A program made the translations under genes and the position numbers. Shown one piece after another: positions 49,990-61,959 of a stretch of DNA of 64,000 nucleotides. The notes beneath the pieces are model-generated. The model was not told where the DNA came from, did no database searches, and saw nothing but the letters and a program-made list of their open reading frames with translations. The stretch is taken from NCBI RefSeq assembly GCF_009834535.1, contig NC_045699.1:17546001-17610000 (forward strand), given 5' to 3'. Each line of letters opens with the position of its first letter. Position 1 is the first letter of the stretch. This stretch comes from Camelus ferus. Taxonomy: Eukaryota.

Positions 49990-50325
49990 TAACACTGCTA
50001 AAAGTAACTATTCACAGCCAGTTTTGAAATTTCCCTTCCAGGAAATTCCCTTCTAAATAGCTTTTGACCCAAATACACCTCCAGCTGTTCCAGCTACTGA
50101 TGATGATATCCAATGTGGAATTTCTACAAAAAGTTCTCATCCCAAACATCCTGGCCCTTTGTACTGAAGATGCTGCAGAGACATCTCAGGAAAGACAGGA
50201 GAGTGTGGGCTTCCTGGAGCTGGCTAGCATCCTCCAGCATCTTAGGGGTCAGTCCCATCTGTCCTCCAAAAATAACAGACAGGAACACTCAACTTTGGTA
50301 GAGAAACACAAATACGTCCCCGTTG
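49990..50325 (-). pseudogene. Highly decayed type I IFN relic
   Basis: Mosaic translation VFVFLYQ...LEDRWD...SQLQEAHTL...EM..IF-STKGQDVWDENFL*KFHIGYH.Q*LEQLEVYLGQ...SKLAVNSYF*. The IFN motifs occur in the correct order, bounded by an LTR piece (5') and an L1 piece (3'). Confidence 0.6.
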
Positions 50326-50524
50326 TCCACATGGTGAGGGATACATTTTTGTTGTCACAAGTGTCTGTTTAACTATCCCTTGGTTGATCTTACCAGAGTC
50401 AAATTTTCCTTTCAGGGGAGCTGAAGACCAGGCTCAGTCCAAATTTCTCTGAGGTCATTTCCCTATCTGGAACCTCCATGGGAAAGTCCGGAAGAAATAT
50501 GTCTTAGGTAGACAGTGGGTACCC

Positions 50525-51081
50525 TCTGTTACTATTTGCTCTTCCGCTCCCCTGAAAAGGAAAATTTAACTTTGATAAGATCAACCAGCAAATAGCTAAA
50601 GGGATACCTGTGACAGAAAAACAAAATGTTGCTCACCATCTGGTTCTGCAAGAATGAAGTCACTGCCATCGCTGACCTTTAACACACCCTGAAAGGAGTT
50701 CAGAGGGGAGATTAGGGATGAGTCACTCTGTGCTCTGGGAAAACTGGCAGAACACGCTTTCAGATAGATATTTTCAGGAGAAAATTTTATGAACCGAATT
50801 TCTTGCACCTTCTCATACTCAGAAAAGCACTAAAATCATTAATGGAGACATCTGCTCCTCAGGAGTAGCGGCAAACTTCTACCAAGATGTGTGCTCGATT
50901 ACTCATACCCCCTTTACCAACATCACATATATACTGACCTCCCCTCTTGCCTCTTCAGAGCAGTCCCTCAAAGCTATCTGAAAGGCTGTCTTTCGGGCTA
51001 TAGTCCTCCATCAGTCCTCAGATAAAACTGGACTCACAGCTCTTGTGTTGTGTGTGTGTGTTTTTTTTTTTTCAGTTGACA
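50525..51081 (+). mobile_element. ERV1-type LTR (MER4/MER41-like group, family tentative)
   Basis: Ends in ...ttttcagttgaca, has an R/U5-like tcagagc..gctatctgaaaggctgtc..gggctatagtcctc, and has two other copies in the window. Confidence 0.7.
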
Positions 51082-53199
51082 CCTGCCAGCTTCTTATAAA
51101 GCTCTGTGCCCTTTAATAGCATCCTCCCCTCATGTGGGGTGGCTGGGGCTCTAATGGACTCACCTGGAATCTCAGTCCCTCTTCTTATATCTCATGTCTG
51201 TCCCCTGCTTTGAATTGTTTCCACATTCATCTGAGGTCTGTCCAAACACCTCCTACCTGACTGCTTTCTTTCGGCCTTCCCCCTTGAGTCTGATGGGTAG
51301 CGGAAAGATCACTTCCCAATAATTCCAGGAATCCCAGCTCTTCCTCCTTCAGAACTTCACAGTGAGAACCAGGGATTTGTCACGATCAGCCACTTTGGGC
51401 CTGGACCAGAATTCCAGGTCTGACTTACTTGAAAGTGGCAGCAGAAACTTAGCTCCAGCGGATGGAGATGAAATTCGGCTCTCTATAGTCCAGATGCTTA
51501 GAATGATCCTCCAATTATCACAGGAAGGTTGTTGCCTCTGGCTGGAAAAAATTACATTTCTAGCCTCATCATGAGCTACTCACCTCCCTGAATCATTCTC
51601 CACAGTGAATTTTCTTCTGGTTCTTAAACCTTTGGTGCTTATCCCTTGCTATCTGCCCTAACGGTCAGCGCCCTGGCTGCCACTCTCCGCCCTGCCAGTG
51701 CATCCTTATCAGGTCAGCCCACACAGCCAGCGCTCTTTGTCGTGTGACAATAACATAGCTTGCATGACTCTACTTACAGAAAATGTCCAGTGAGCATGTG
51801 CTTTCAGTGAATGCTTTCCATGCAAGAAATTATTGACGTGTAGAACTTGAAGGTAATTGATCAGGGAGGTGGGTGAGTAAATTTGCATAGCAGAACTCAG
51901 GGATCCTTTGAGAAAGCAGTTAACAAAAGCCTAACCCCTTCATCCCAAGAGTCAGTTATTAAAAACTTGATTAATTGTCTTAGCGTGGTGCTAGATACAA
52001 TGTAAGTCAGCCCAGGAATAACAGCATTTACAAACTAAATTGTTAACTAAATATAAATGTCTCTTTTTGGTTTAAATTATACAAATATGCCAGTTACATG
52101 TGTAAATATTTTGGAATAGGATGCCCATTACTAGGATCACTGCTATGAATTAGAATTTTTTTTCACCTTGCTTATACTTCGTTTCTTTGTTTTTAAATTG
52201 GCAAGACATCAAAATTGTCTTCTTTAATTCTAATTTCCTGCCTTCTTCCTAGCTGGAGGTCATGGGAGACCAATATACACAGTCTCTAAGCCAGTATTTG
52301 ACTACATCCAGCAGATGGCAGGATAACTTCAAGTTTACATAGCTTTGGTTAAGGAATGTGTCATTCACTAGTCAAAGACTCCAAAGCTGAGGGCCTGGAA
52401 CACGGAGGAGAAAAGTTGCCTAAAACCTTTATTCTCTCACGGCTTTAGCTTAATCCAGCTCAACACTGAAGAGTGAATCACTAAAGGCCATTAAAGGCTT
52501 CCAGTAACACATGGAGAGCATAGTTGATGAAGTGACCGCTGCTGCTTACGCTGTGCCCTCAGACCTAAGTCGATTCACCTGCCTTCTTGGTTCAAGGTTG
52601 GGGAGCGGCTACCCAAAAGGAATAGTCTATGTGACACTCTCGTAGATCTTCCAGTTGTTCCCTTGACTGTACGTGCACTTGGATGCAGTTCTAATATAAG
52701 TCTGAAAAACATGTCAGAAGCTATAATGACTAAATGATGGCAACAGTATTATCGTCATTCAAAAAGATTTTGCATTCCAGGATGAGAATTGTCTTCAGAG
52801 CCAGTTTACAAGTGGATAAGAATATCAGACTCATTGCTTTATCTTAAAATGAAAACTGTTTAATTCAAGTTGATTACAGCCTTACCGACCACATGATTAG
52901 TAAAAATTTCCAGTGATTAGATCTGGGCTATATGGCATTAATTTAGCATACTGCATCCAATGTACTGTCATTCTAAGAGCATTCAAAATTAATGTATTTC
53001 TATTTTCTAGAAAATAGAGTCAATTTCTATTTACTTACTTCTTGGACCTTCTTATCTGTTTATATATGAACACAAATTTACATATGTATCTATTCATACG
53101 ATGTCTCTTGTGCACACTTACAGTTTGGACTAAAAGAAACAGTCCCAGTAAGAACTGGAAATAAACAGAAAAATCAGTTAAAAACAGTAAAATACCTTA

Positions 53200-54330
53200 A
53201 TTTTTGCAATTTTAATTTTGAAAGTTTTCATTCAAAAATTAAGAGAAAAATCTAAATTGCTTTTGAATATATATTTAAAAATTAATGACAATTGGAGAAT
53301 TGAAAGGAGTATCATATGTCAAAGACATATAGAAGTACTGTTAAAAGTAAAGCATAAATCAATACATTTGACAACCAAACATATAATGGTTAAGATAATA
53401 CATATAAACTGCTTAAACTTCCCTATTAAAAGAAAAACTTGTTGATTGGTTTGAAACAGTAATCCCACTATTACTTTGAATAGGGAGAAAAGCCTAAAAT
53501 CAAACAATGCTAAATACTTAATAGTAAAAAAGTTTTAAAAAGAAATGGGCAAAGACAGAGCAAGAAAATGCGACAAAGGGAAGAAATTAAAAGTGGCAAT
53601 ATTAATATCAGAGAGATACTGATAATGATTAATATCAATATTGCGGTCTGTGAGAATTCAATGAAAACGTGTTAAATTTTAGAAAAAAGATTGATATATA
53701 TAAGAAACAAATTGGATCTATAATTAAGTTAGATAAAAGGCATGGAACTAAAATTCAAATAATGTAAAACATTAAGAAAAATTTTACCAATATATGGTAA
53801 CATGAACAGAAACATGGTAGCACTGAAATTTTAGCACAATGCTATTAGTCTATAAAAATAACATAGAAAAATAATAAGGATAAGAAGAATTGAAACTATG
53901 ATTTAAAAGAGTAAATTTGTGGTTAAGACTCTGGGGCACTATAAGCTAAAATGGGAAAAAAAAATTCCTTCAAATATTTATGAATCATTTATGAAAATTA
54001 TCATGTATGAGACTAAAAGAAAATACCAGTCATTCCTCCAGAGCAAAATTACTATAAGTTTTATGCTTAGATCACAATGCCTGCAATTAATTTTACAATA
54101 ATTTGTAAAGTAATTATTTAGATGTTTCAAATCAGACTAATAAATTATAATCCAGTCAGATTAAAAAAAAAAAAAAACGAGAAATTTAGGAAGTAATGGA
54201 AATTAAATCACTATTTTTAAAATTTGCAGAAGAAATCAAAATTGCACACTGAGGTAAACTCATAGCTTTATCAATTGTATGAATTGAAAATAGACTGGCC
54301 TCCCTCATGAAAGTCAATAAAAGAATTCGA
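53200..54330 (+). mobile_element. Very old LINE-1 endonuclease-region remnant
   Basis: A-rich strand with decayed L1 EN-like strings (aaacttccctattaaaagaaaaacttgttgattgg; gaaattaaaagtggcaatattaatatcaga). Confidence 0.45.
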
Positions 54331-55039
54331 AATAACATTAATATAAATAATAAAAGCTAACGTTTTTTGAATGTTCACTCTGCAACAGGGAGTATACTAA
54401 ACACTTTACAGAAAGTATTTTTACCTTCTCAGCAACCCTACCAAGCTCTTAAATAATACATTATTCTCTGCTGCATGTCCTTAGATAATAGTAACTATCA
54501 TTTATTGAGTACCTATTATGTACAAGAACAACATATAATAGAAGCTATTAAGGAGTGGAATTATGATTCAAACCCAGTCAGTATTTCCTCAAGTCCATAT
54601 GCTTTCTCCAGTGTGACAGAATTCAAAATCACATTAACAAACTAATTCATCATGATTAAAAACAGTATCTTAGAAATATAAAGGTGATTTGATACCAGAA
54701 TATACTTTTATATAATGCATCATTTATCAAACCAGAGCTTGATAAGTGATAATTTCTTAGAGATTAATTGCAATGTGGAGTCTAAAGCCAAAACAATGAG
54801 CTTTAAAAATTCTGTTACATATAAACCTATCATTCTGACTTGCTGTTTGAATAGGTCTTTTCTACCTATGCTTAATTTTATAATACATACATTGGTCATT
54901 TGGAAAATAACGGTTCACTGAGGTATTCAGATCTTACAAATCTATATATATTCGAAGTTGTGTAACTGAGTAATTGATTTGTTAACATCACCATTGTTGT
55001 CATTATAAAAGCCTTTAAGTATTGGGAAGTTTGTCAAGA

Positions 55040-55880
55040 TCACAGTGATAGATTTTCAAAAATTCTAATTTTTTATTGGAAGTGCAACTCTTATCATTGG
55101 CAACAGATGTTTTCCTTGAAGGTTCATTTAATTAATATCTTGAGAAAATGTCTGTTAAATGCCTAAATCTAAATAACCATCATTTGTCTGTCTTTGGAGT
55201 AACAATGGATTTTGTGAAGAGTGGCTAGTTCGCTGAAGTATCTTTTTCTTCACACTTCTAGGTGACTTTACGTATTTTTAGAGGGAGAGGTAATTGGATT
55301 TTATTTTTAGAGGCGGTACCAGGGATTGAACCCAGGACCTTTATGCCTGCTAAGCATGCGCTCTACCACTTGAGCTATACCCTCCACCAAGAGCAGCTAG
55401 TTTAGCTCACGACTCAATCACATATTACATGCTTCTCCTCAGAACAATCATTGTGCATGCAGGAAATGTACCTGTCACACAGAACATTAAAAAGACTATC
55501 ACAGAGAATATTAAAAAGATGTGTACTCAAAAGCCAAGATTTTATAAAATTCAAAATCTTGCTATTTCATCAAGGGTATTCTTAAGTGAAACTGTTTTTT
55601 TGTTTTTGTTTTTGTTTTTTTTTACTTCAAGTGCATTACAGTGAAAAATATAACAATTACTAGTACATTTTGGTGCCACTTGTTTGATTGACACAGGCAC
55701 GAGCAGTCTTGCTTGCTATTGTTTTTGCACCACTGGTACAAGTTGCTAATGTGGTGAAAAAAAAAACAATGTCTTGGTATTATTATAATATCAAGATCAA
55801 TAATTCTGATTTTGTGGATCCCTTAAAGTGTCTTGGGGACCCTCAGGAGGCCACAGACCACACTTTGAGAACTGCTGGTT
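55040..55880 (+). mobile_element. hAT-Charlie1-like DNA transposon fragment, interrupted by a SINE
   Basis: Terminal ...ggggaccctcaggaggccacagaccacactttgagaactgctg, plus internal aatattaaaaagatgtgtactcaa and cttaagtgaaactg. Confidence 0.6.
55281..55388 (-). mobile_element. tRNA-derived SINE, camelid Vic-1-like
   Basis: Minus strand GGAGGGTATAGCTCAAGTGGTAGAGCGCATGCTTAGC...GGTCCTGGGTTCAATCCCTGGTACC...AATTACCTCTCCC. Confidence 0.85.
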
Positions 55881-56405
55881 TAATCAATCTCCCTGCACCT
55901 GCTCTGGTCAAGGCCACTCTCTAGCTTTAAATCCTAAAGTAACTTCCTTGGCTTTTAAGATAAAAATCTACTATCTTCCACCAAGTCTATTATTGGACCT
56001 CTTTGCCTTTCTCCAGCTTCATTACATGCCACACTCTATACGTGTCAGTCCAGTTCACCCACTCTGGTCTTTTTCACTTCTTTAAATGTAGGGGCCCTTT
56101 CCTGCTATAGGGCCACTCTATGCAGATTTTTTTTCTAACTCTGGGAAATTTTGCTTTTCATGTGTTACTTAACAAGCGCCTCATTCTTCAAGTCTCATAC
56201 TTCAGATTACTTCCCTAGGGAAAACTGAAGGTAATCTAATGATACTCACCACCATAAGCATCTTTTACTTCTCCTGTGTAGCCCCAGATCCCAAATTTAA
56301 TAAGTAAAAAGGTAAAAATTTTATTAAAGACAATGTAACATATTCTTACATTAAAAATAGAACATATAAATGCAAATACCATAAAAATAAGTAGATGACT
56401 TAGTA

Positions 56406-56468
<63 letters not shown>

Positions 56469-56481
56469 ATAAATAAATAAA
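56406..56481. repeat. (TAAA)8(TAGA)7(TAAA)4 compound microsatellite in the 3'UTR region of the minus-strand IFN
   Basis: Counted directly. It reads as tandem ATTTA on the minus (sense) strand. Confidence 0.9.
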
Positions 56482-56706
56482 ATACATACATAATATTTAT
56501 TTTATAACATGAGGTTCAGCCACAGGTCATCAGTTACATTTCCTTCAATTCTGGAAATAATTGGATAATAATATGCTTAATATTACTGCATATACTAAAT
56601 ACGACTCAAATTATTTTATAGCTGAAGCAGAAGTAACAGTTTTGGAAATGACTGAACAATTAAGAGTCTGAGCTGGGACACCAGTCCCTGAGAATCAGGT
56701 TCCTTC

Positions 56707-57267
56707 TTACTCCCTGAGTTTTCCTATGAGCTTGTTAATGAAAAGAAAGTATCTCCTGATTTCCAGTTGGACAATTTCCCAGGCGCAGTCACTGTCTGTC
56801 TTCTCTTTCAGGAAGAGATGGATTCCCTGGAAGTAGCTCTTCAGCACCAGTGTAGGGCCTGCCCTTCCCTGGGCAGAGTCTTGCTCTCCCATCACCTGCA
56901 CCAAACAGGTGTCCAGGTCCTTCAGCTGCGGATGGAGTCCAGTGCGGAGATTGTCCAGGAGGGTGGTGTCCCAGGAAGCAGAGGAGCGCTCTGCGTGGAA
57001 GAGGTTGATCTGCTGGAGCATCTCGTGGAGGACAGAGACGGCCTGGGCCTTCTGGAGCTGGCTGCCATCCACATGCTCCTGAGGGAATTTGAATGCAATC
57101 CTGTACTTCAGACAGGAAAGAAGAGAGGTTGTCCCCATTTGGTCCAGATCTGTGAAGGTGTCCTGCTTTCCCAAGTCCAGGCTCTGAGGCAGGCCACAGA
57201 GAATGGAGGGGACAGGGCTGGGGAAGAGCATCACCAGTGCCATCAGGCAAGAGACTGAACGAGCCAC
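56707..57267 (-). pseudogene. Chimeric type I IFN (alpha-omega/mu-related ends, omega core): open 186-codon frame but GTG start, probably non-functional
   Basis: First codon is GTG (57267-57265). The core GSQLQKAQ...LEI is near-identical to the omega genes, and the tail FINKLIGKLRE matches the 60663 gene. One codon is deleted (QQI-NLF), with Q>P and Y>D at conserved positions. Confidence 0.75.
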
Positions 57268-57344
57268 TGGTAAGCTCCATGAGGAAGCTTCCAGGAGAGA
57301 TGAGAGATTATGAGCTTTTGTCCAGTTTCTCTAAGAATCTTCTG

Positions 57345-57410
57345 TCTGTGTGCCTCTATAGTGTTGAATCTGAAAGTTTTCATTTCATTTTTTCATTTTT
57401 CATTTCAGAT
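57345..57410 (-). promoter_or_regulatory. IRF-type promoter of the chimeric IFN
   Basis: Minus strand gaaatgaaaaatgaaaaaatgaaatgaaaactttc...ctatagagg. Confidence 0.6.
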
Positions 57411-58939
57411 CTTTGTACTTCCCCATTTTGGACTTTCCTTCTCTTCAAGGGCCTGGAAATTTGTCATTAGTTTCAACTCTTTCTTTATTCTACAATTGAA
57501 GTACAATTTGTTCATTAAAAAATTAGAAGTTCTAATTCAAAGGAATGCTTATCATCTTAACAAAAATCAACTTTGAGCTAATGATAGAGTTATCTGGGTC
57601 TTTCTTTCTGATGTTAAGATCAACTGTTAAGGAAGTGTTGCTTGGCTCCTGTAAAAAATCTTTCTCCTGCCTCTCGATAGCCCTCTTGGAAGAGCTGCTC
57701 AAGTGTGAAAGATACATGATCTTTAAATGCACGGATCTCACCTTATTCTTTGTTGTGGAATTTCTAATGTGTTAAATTCGGTCCTATTTACTCTGCTTAA
57801 TTGAGAAAATCACTGAACATTTACTATGTGCCAATCATTGCTCTGGGCTCAGCCTACACCAAGATGATTGAACCTCTAATCTTGCCCTCAAGGAGAGTAT
57901 AGTGCAGCTACCACTACCGTCCAGGTGTTGGAGCAGGTAGAGTGTGTCTCTGCTGCTTCCTGGCAGCCTCTTTGTCACAGCCCAGGCCACTGTCCTAGCT
58001 CGGTCCAAGAAATGGTTAAGCGAACTATTTTTTTCTTTGCTATTTTTATATAGTTTTCATATTGTTACCTCTTCCTCTGTATTTGTATTTTCATTTTTCA
58101 GAAGTTGTCCTAATGCTTCTGCAATCTTTTCTATTTCCACTTTGAGGTTTGTTGCAAAAAAAGGAAGAGAAAAGTTAAGTAGAAAGTAGAGGTAACATAT
58201 TTCCTTTCTGATTTTCAAGATGTCAAAACTTTCCTCTCTCATTTAACATTCCTAGAAAGTAAAAGCAAGCAGTTGTGAAAAAGTAATGCACACGGGGAAG
58301 TGGAAAGTAAATGCCGAAAATGGAAAAAAAAAGTGACAACTTCCCTGTTCAAATGACAAAATATCACTTAACCACACAAATCAGGGATTAAGCACTTTAC
58401 AGAGTGACAGATTTCAAACCAGCCCACGTGAGATTGTTTTAGCTGCAGACAGGGTCAGGAGGAGGGCAGCTGGCACTTTAAGGCAGGTTTTTAGCTAAAA
58501 GGCTAGTTTTCAGCTTTGCTAAATGAGAGAATCTATTTAGTTATTTGTCTGTTTAATTTTTTCACTATCCATGGAGATGATCAGATTCAGAGGATTTAAT
58601 CATACCAACTCACACTCAAAAGTGACCAGAGTATAGACTGGATGGCCATTTTATTCATGTGTGAGAAGTCAGCTCTTACCTGGAAGCTAATAGATGTTAG
58701 TCATTCGGACAGGGTATCGTGTTCACATAACAGATGACATTAGAAATAAAAATGTTTATTAGTGAGCTGAGAATTAAAGGAAGGGAAGCAGATTATGTCA
58801 GGGAAACTTCTATCCAGTTCCCATAGTTGGATGTGTCCCCATTATGTGAACAGCTAACAGATGTTGAATGCTTATTTTGTCCAAGCATTATAAGTACATT
58901 ACATCATCCAGTCTTCACAACAACCCAATGAAATAGATA

Positions 58940-59050
58940 TGATTATAATTTCCACATATCAGAGGAGAAAACTGAGGGCCCCAAGGTCACATAAGCAGTG
59001 CAGGTTAGAGCTGTGACATAAACCCAGGCAGTCTAGCCCCAGAGTCCACT
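58940..59050 (+). mobile_element. MIR SINE fragment
   Basis: gaggagaaaactgagg..aaggtcaca..agagctg..aaacccaggcagtctagccccagagtcc. Confidence 0.65.
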
Positions 59051-59614
59051 GTTCTAGACACTGGATTGGGCTGCCTCCTCCAACAATGTTCTTCCTGTCT
59101 GAGATAAACACATAGTGCGTTCTTACTCTCCAGTTAGTCATGAAAAGAGCCATTCACTCATTCCAGAGACGTTACAATACACGTGAAGAGGATACAGCTC
59201 CCTTTGCACCTTCTAAGTTCCAGTCCGGCCTTTCAAATGGTGTGTTTTACTGAGCTCTACCGGACTTTTGAAACTCCCTGTTCCCATCTGAGATAACATT
59301 TTTTGAAATTTTCCAGAATTCCTCTTACTATCTCTAAGACTTTCTTTTTCTGACACCGTCTTCAAATTCTAGGTCTGTTCACTCTTTGGAGTATGTAGTT
59401 CTTTTAGTACCTGCTATGGGACAGAGAGCCCTCTGTGCACCTCCTCCGTGACAGACACCTTGCTGGGCACTCGGGATCTGGCATTACCACCCTCCGGGGA
59501 GCTTACAGCCTATCAGGGCAGTCAGATGTTAAATAATTAGATGGATTACTTAATTACAATTGTACAGAGTGTAGCTAAAGGAGAATGCTTACAGTGAATG
59601 CGGAGAAACGTGGA

Positions 59615-59790
59615 GGCAGAATAGTATAGTGGTAAAGTACCACTTCTGTAATTAATTGTGACTTTTAGCAAGTGAAGTAACCTCTCTGAGTTTTGAGTTT
59701 CCTCATTTGCAAACACGTAAATAATTATAGTAATTATCTCATAGGGAAGCTGTGAAGATTAAATGAAATGTTTGCAAAACACTTTGCTGA
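59615..59790 (-). mobile_element. MIR SINE fragment
   Basis: gtatagtggtaaag..gtgacttt..aacctctctgag..tttcctcatttgcaaa..tcatagggaagctgtgaagattaaatga. Confidence 0.65.
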
Positions 59791-60499
59791 TGGGCTGTAT
59801 ATAATTAAAGATTGCTGCCATTAATATTATTAAAAATAATCTGTATCTTACAGAGTCAATAGACATGTCATCACAGGCTTTGAATACTAAGGAAGCCTTA
59901 TGATCACTGAGCATGTGGTAGGATACCACTTCTCAATGAAATATCTAAGGAGATGAGATGACCTGTATTATTGCACAATGGCCGAGGCAAAGCTTTTACA
60001 GTGAAATGTTGTACGTAGTAGAGGAGAGAGAATCACACAGAGGCAAAGTTGAATTTGTTAGGGAAACCAGCACCTAGCAAAGTGCCTGGCCGACCATAGG
60101 TGCACCATAACTTATTTTTAACAAATGTTATCAGTGGTATTATTGGCCAAACAATGTCTTCAGTGAGTTTAAGATGAACTCAGGTGATATCTTTAAAATA
60201 CATACACAACTGAAATTTTTTAAAGAAGGAGGAAAAGTGTAAATAAGGAAAAAAATAAGAACAATCAAAAGCTTCTCTATTATAAGCTCTTTATCCATTT
60301 CCTGCTGACCTGGAAAGCTATCATTTATTGTGCAAACATTCCTCCTTTCTCTGACTTTGACTAGACTTTCTTCCCCTAGAACAACCCAGGAGGTATGAAA
60401 AACATGTTAGAATGCTGTGTAGATACTGCTGTGACACACGTGGTTTGGAGTCCTCCATTTGGGTGCTCATGTCACTAAATGTACATTTTTAATTGGCTC

Positions 60500-60590
60500 T
60501 GAAAAAAGAAAAGTGGAAAGGGAAAGGAAAGGGCAAAAAGTGGAAAACACCAGAAAACGAAAGTTTCTTTCCTCATAGTTTAAAAGGCAC
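60500..60590 (+). promoter_or_regulatory. IRF-type promoter of the alpha-omega/mu-like IFN
   Basis: gaaaagtggaaagggaaaggaaagggcaaaaagtggaaaac...gtttaaaagg. Confidence 0.7.
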
Positions 60591-60662
60591 TCATCACCCA
60601 AAGACCTCAGAACTTGCTGAAACTTCCCCTTTAGGCAGTTCTGCACGATCTTCCGCTTCCAA

Positions 60663-61221
60663 ATGGCCCTCCCAGTCTCTGCGTTGTTGGCCCTGGTGAT
60701 GCTGTGTTCCAGCGTCTCTTGCTCCCTGGGGTGTGAGCTGCTGTGGAGCCATGGCAACCCAGAAACCGACACACTTTTGAAGCAAATGGGGAGAATCTCC
60801 ATTTGGTCCTGTCTGAAGGATAGGACTGACTTCAGATTTCCTGAGACACTTGTGGATGGGAACCAGGTTGAGAAAACACAAGCCATAGATGTCGTGCATA
60901 AGATGCTCCAGCAGACCTTCAACCTCTTCAGCACAAGTGACGCTGCAGCGGCTTGGGACAAGACCCTCCGGAAGAGATTCCTCGCGGTACTTGATCTGCA
61001 GCTGGATGGTCTAGGAGCCATGCTTGTCGGAGGAAAAGAAGGTGGGACAGTCATCCCTGGGAAGCGAGAATTCCAGCCTGGCTGTGAAGAGTTACTTCGA
61101 AGGAATCAGTCTCTACCTGAAAGAGAAAAAATACAGCCTCTGTGCCTGGGAGGTGGTCAGGGTGGAAATCAGAAATCGGTTGGTCCTTGTTAACAAGCTC
61201 ATCGGAAAACTCAGGAAATAA
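60663..61221 (+). pseudogene. IFN-alpha-omega/IFN-mu-like gene with a single +1 frameshift near 61020 (pseudogene or assembly error)
   Basis: Frame 1 reads MALPVSALLALVMLCSS...CLKDRTDFRFP...QLDGLGA. Removing one base (GCC-A-TGC) continues [66 protein letters not shown], giving 185 aa with four cysteines. The subtype call is from recollection of pig alpha-omega and horse mu sequences. Confidence 0.8.
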
Positions 61222-61959
61222 GCAAGATATTGAGTCTGAGAACGGTTCATCTGATCGACTAAATGGTTATTTTCTAAGACTGAAAATGCAATCTTTAACT
61301 TTATTTTTATGCCAAGTGAAAAATAAGTAATAGCAAATGTGGGGGATTATTATAAAACTCTATCAAATGTTATAAGTTACAATAAGTTGTTTAAAACAGA
61401 GAAATGCACAATCTATTTGCTACAGCTGAAAAAAAGTTTGTAATTTTATTTATTTATTTAAATTATTTGAAATGTGCTGTTCATAATATTTAAATATTTA
61501 TTTTTCATAAAATATTTGTTTAATATTATATTTTGTACAAGATTGCTGTTCGTTTTTAAGCTATGGGAAATAAAAGAAATTTTAAAAAATCATTTTTGCT
61601 TGCACACACTTTTTGAATAAAACCTACCCAAAGCCTGAATAAACCTAAGCAAGGTTTTTGAATCAAGAGGCAATGGGGGAGTCCACCATTCACAGAACAA
61701 TGGACATTTTGAGGAGGGGCTGGATATGATTCCCCAAGACATTGCTTAGAGGTGAAAGGGAGATCCGTGGAGTAAAGCCCAGGGCATGGACACAATTGCC
61801 TGCTTGGTGTTTATAAGAACTGGAGATACTTCAAGGGTTAGTGGAGAAGCACGTAAGTCATGGGAGACTCTCGGAGAAGGCTGAGGAAGGGAGGGTAAGT
61901 TTTCTACACTTGAGCGCTCCCAATATCTCATTTCTTATTCTTGTATTCAAAATATTTTA

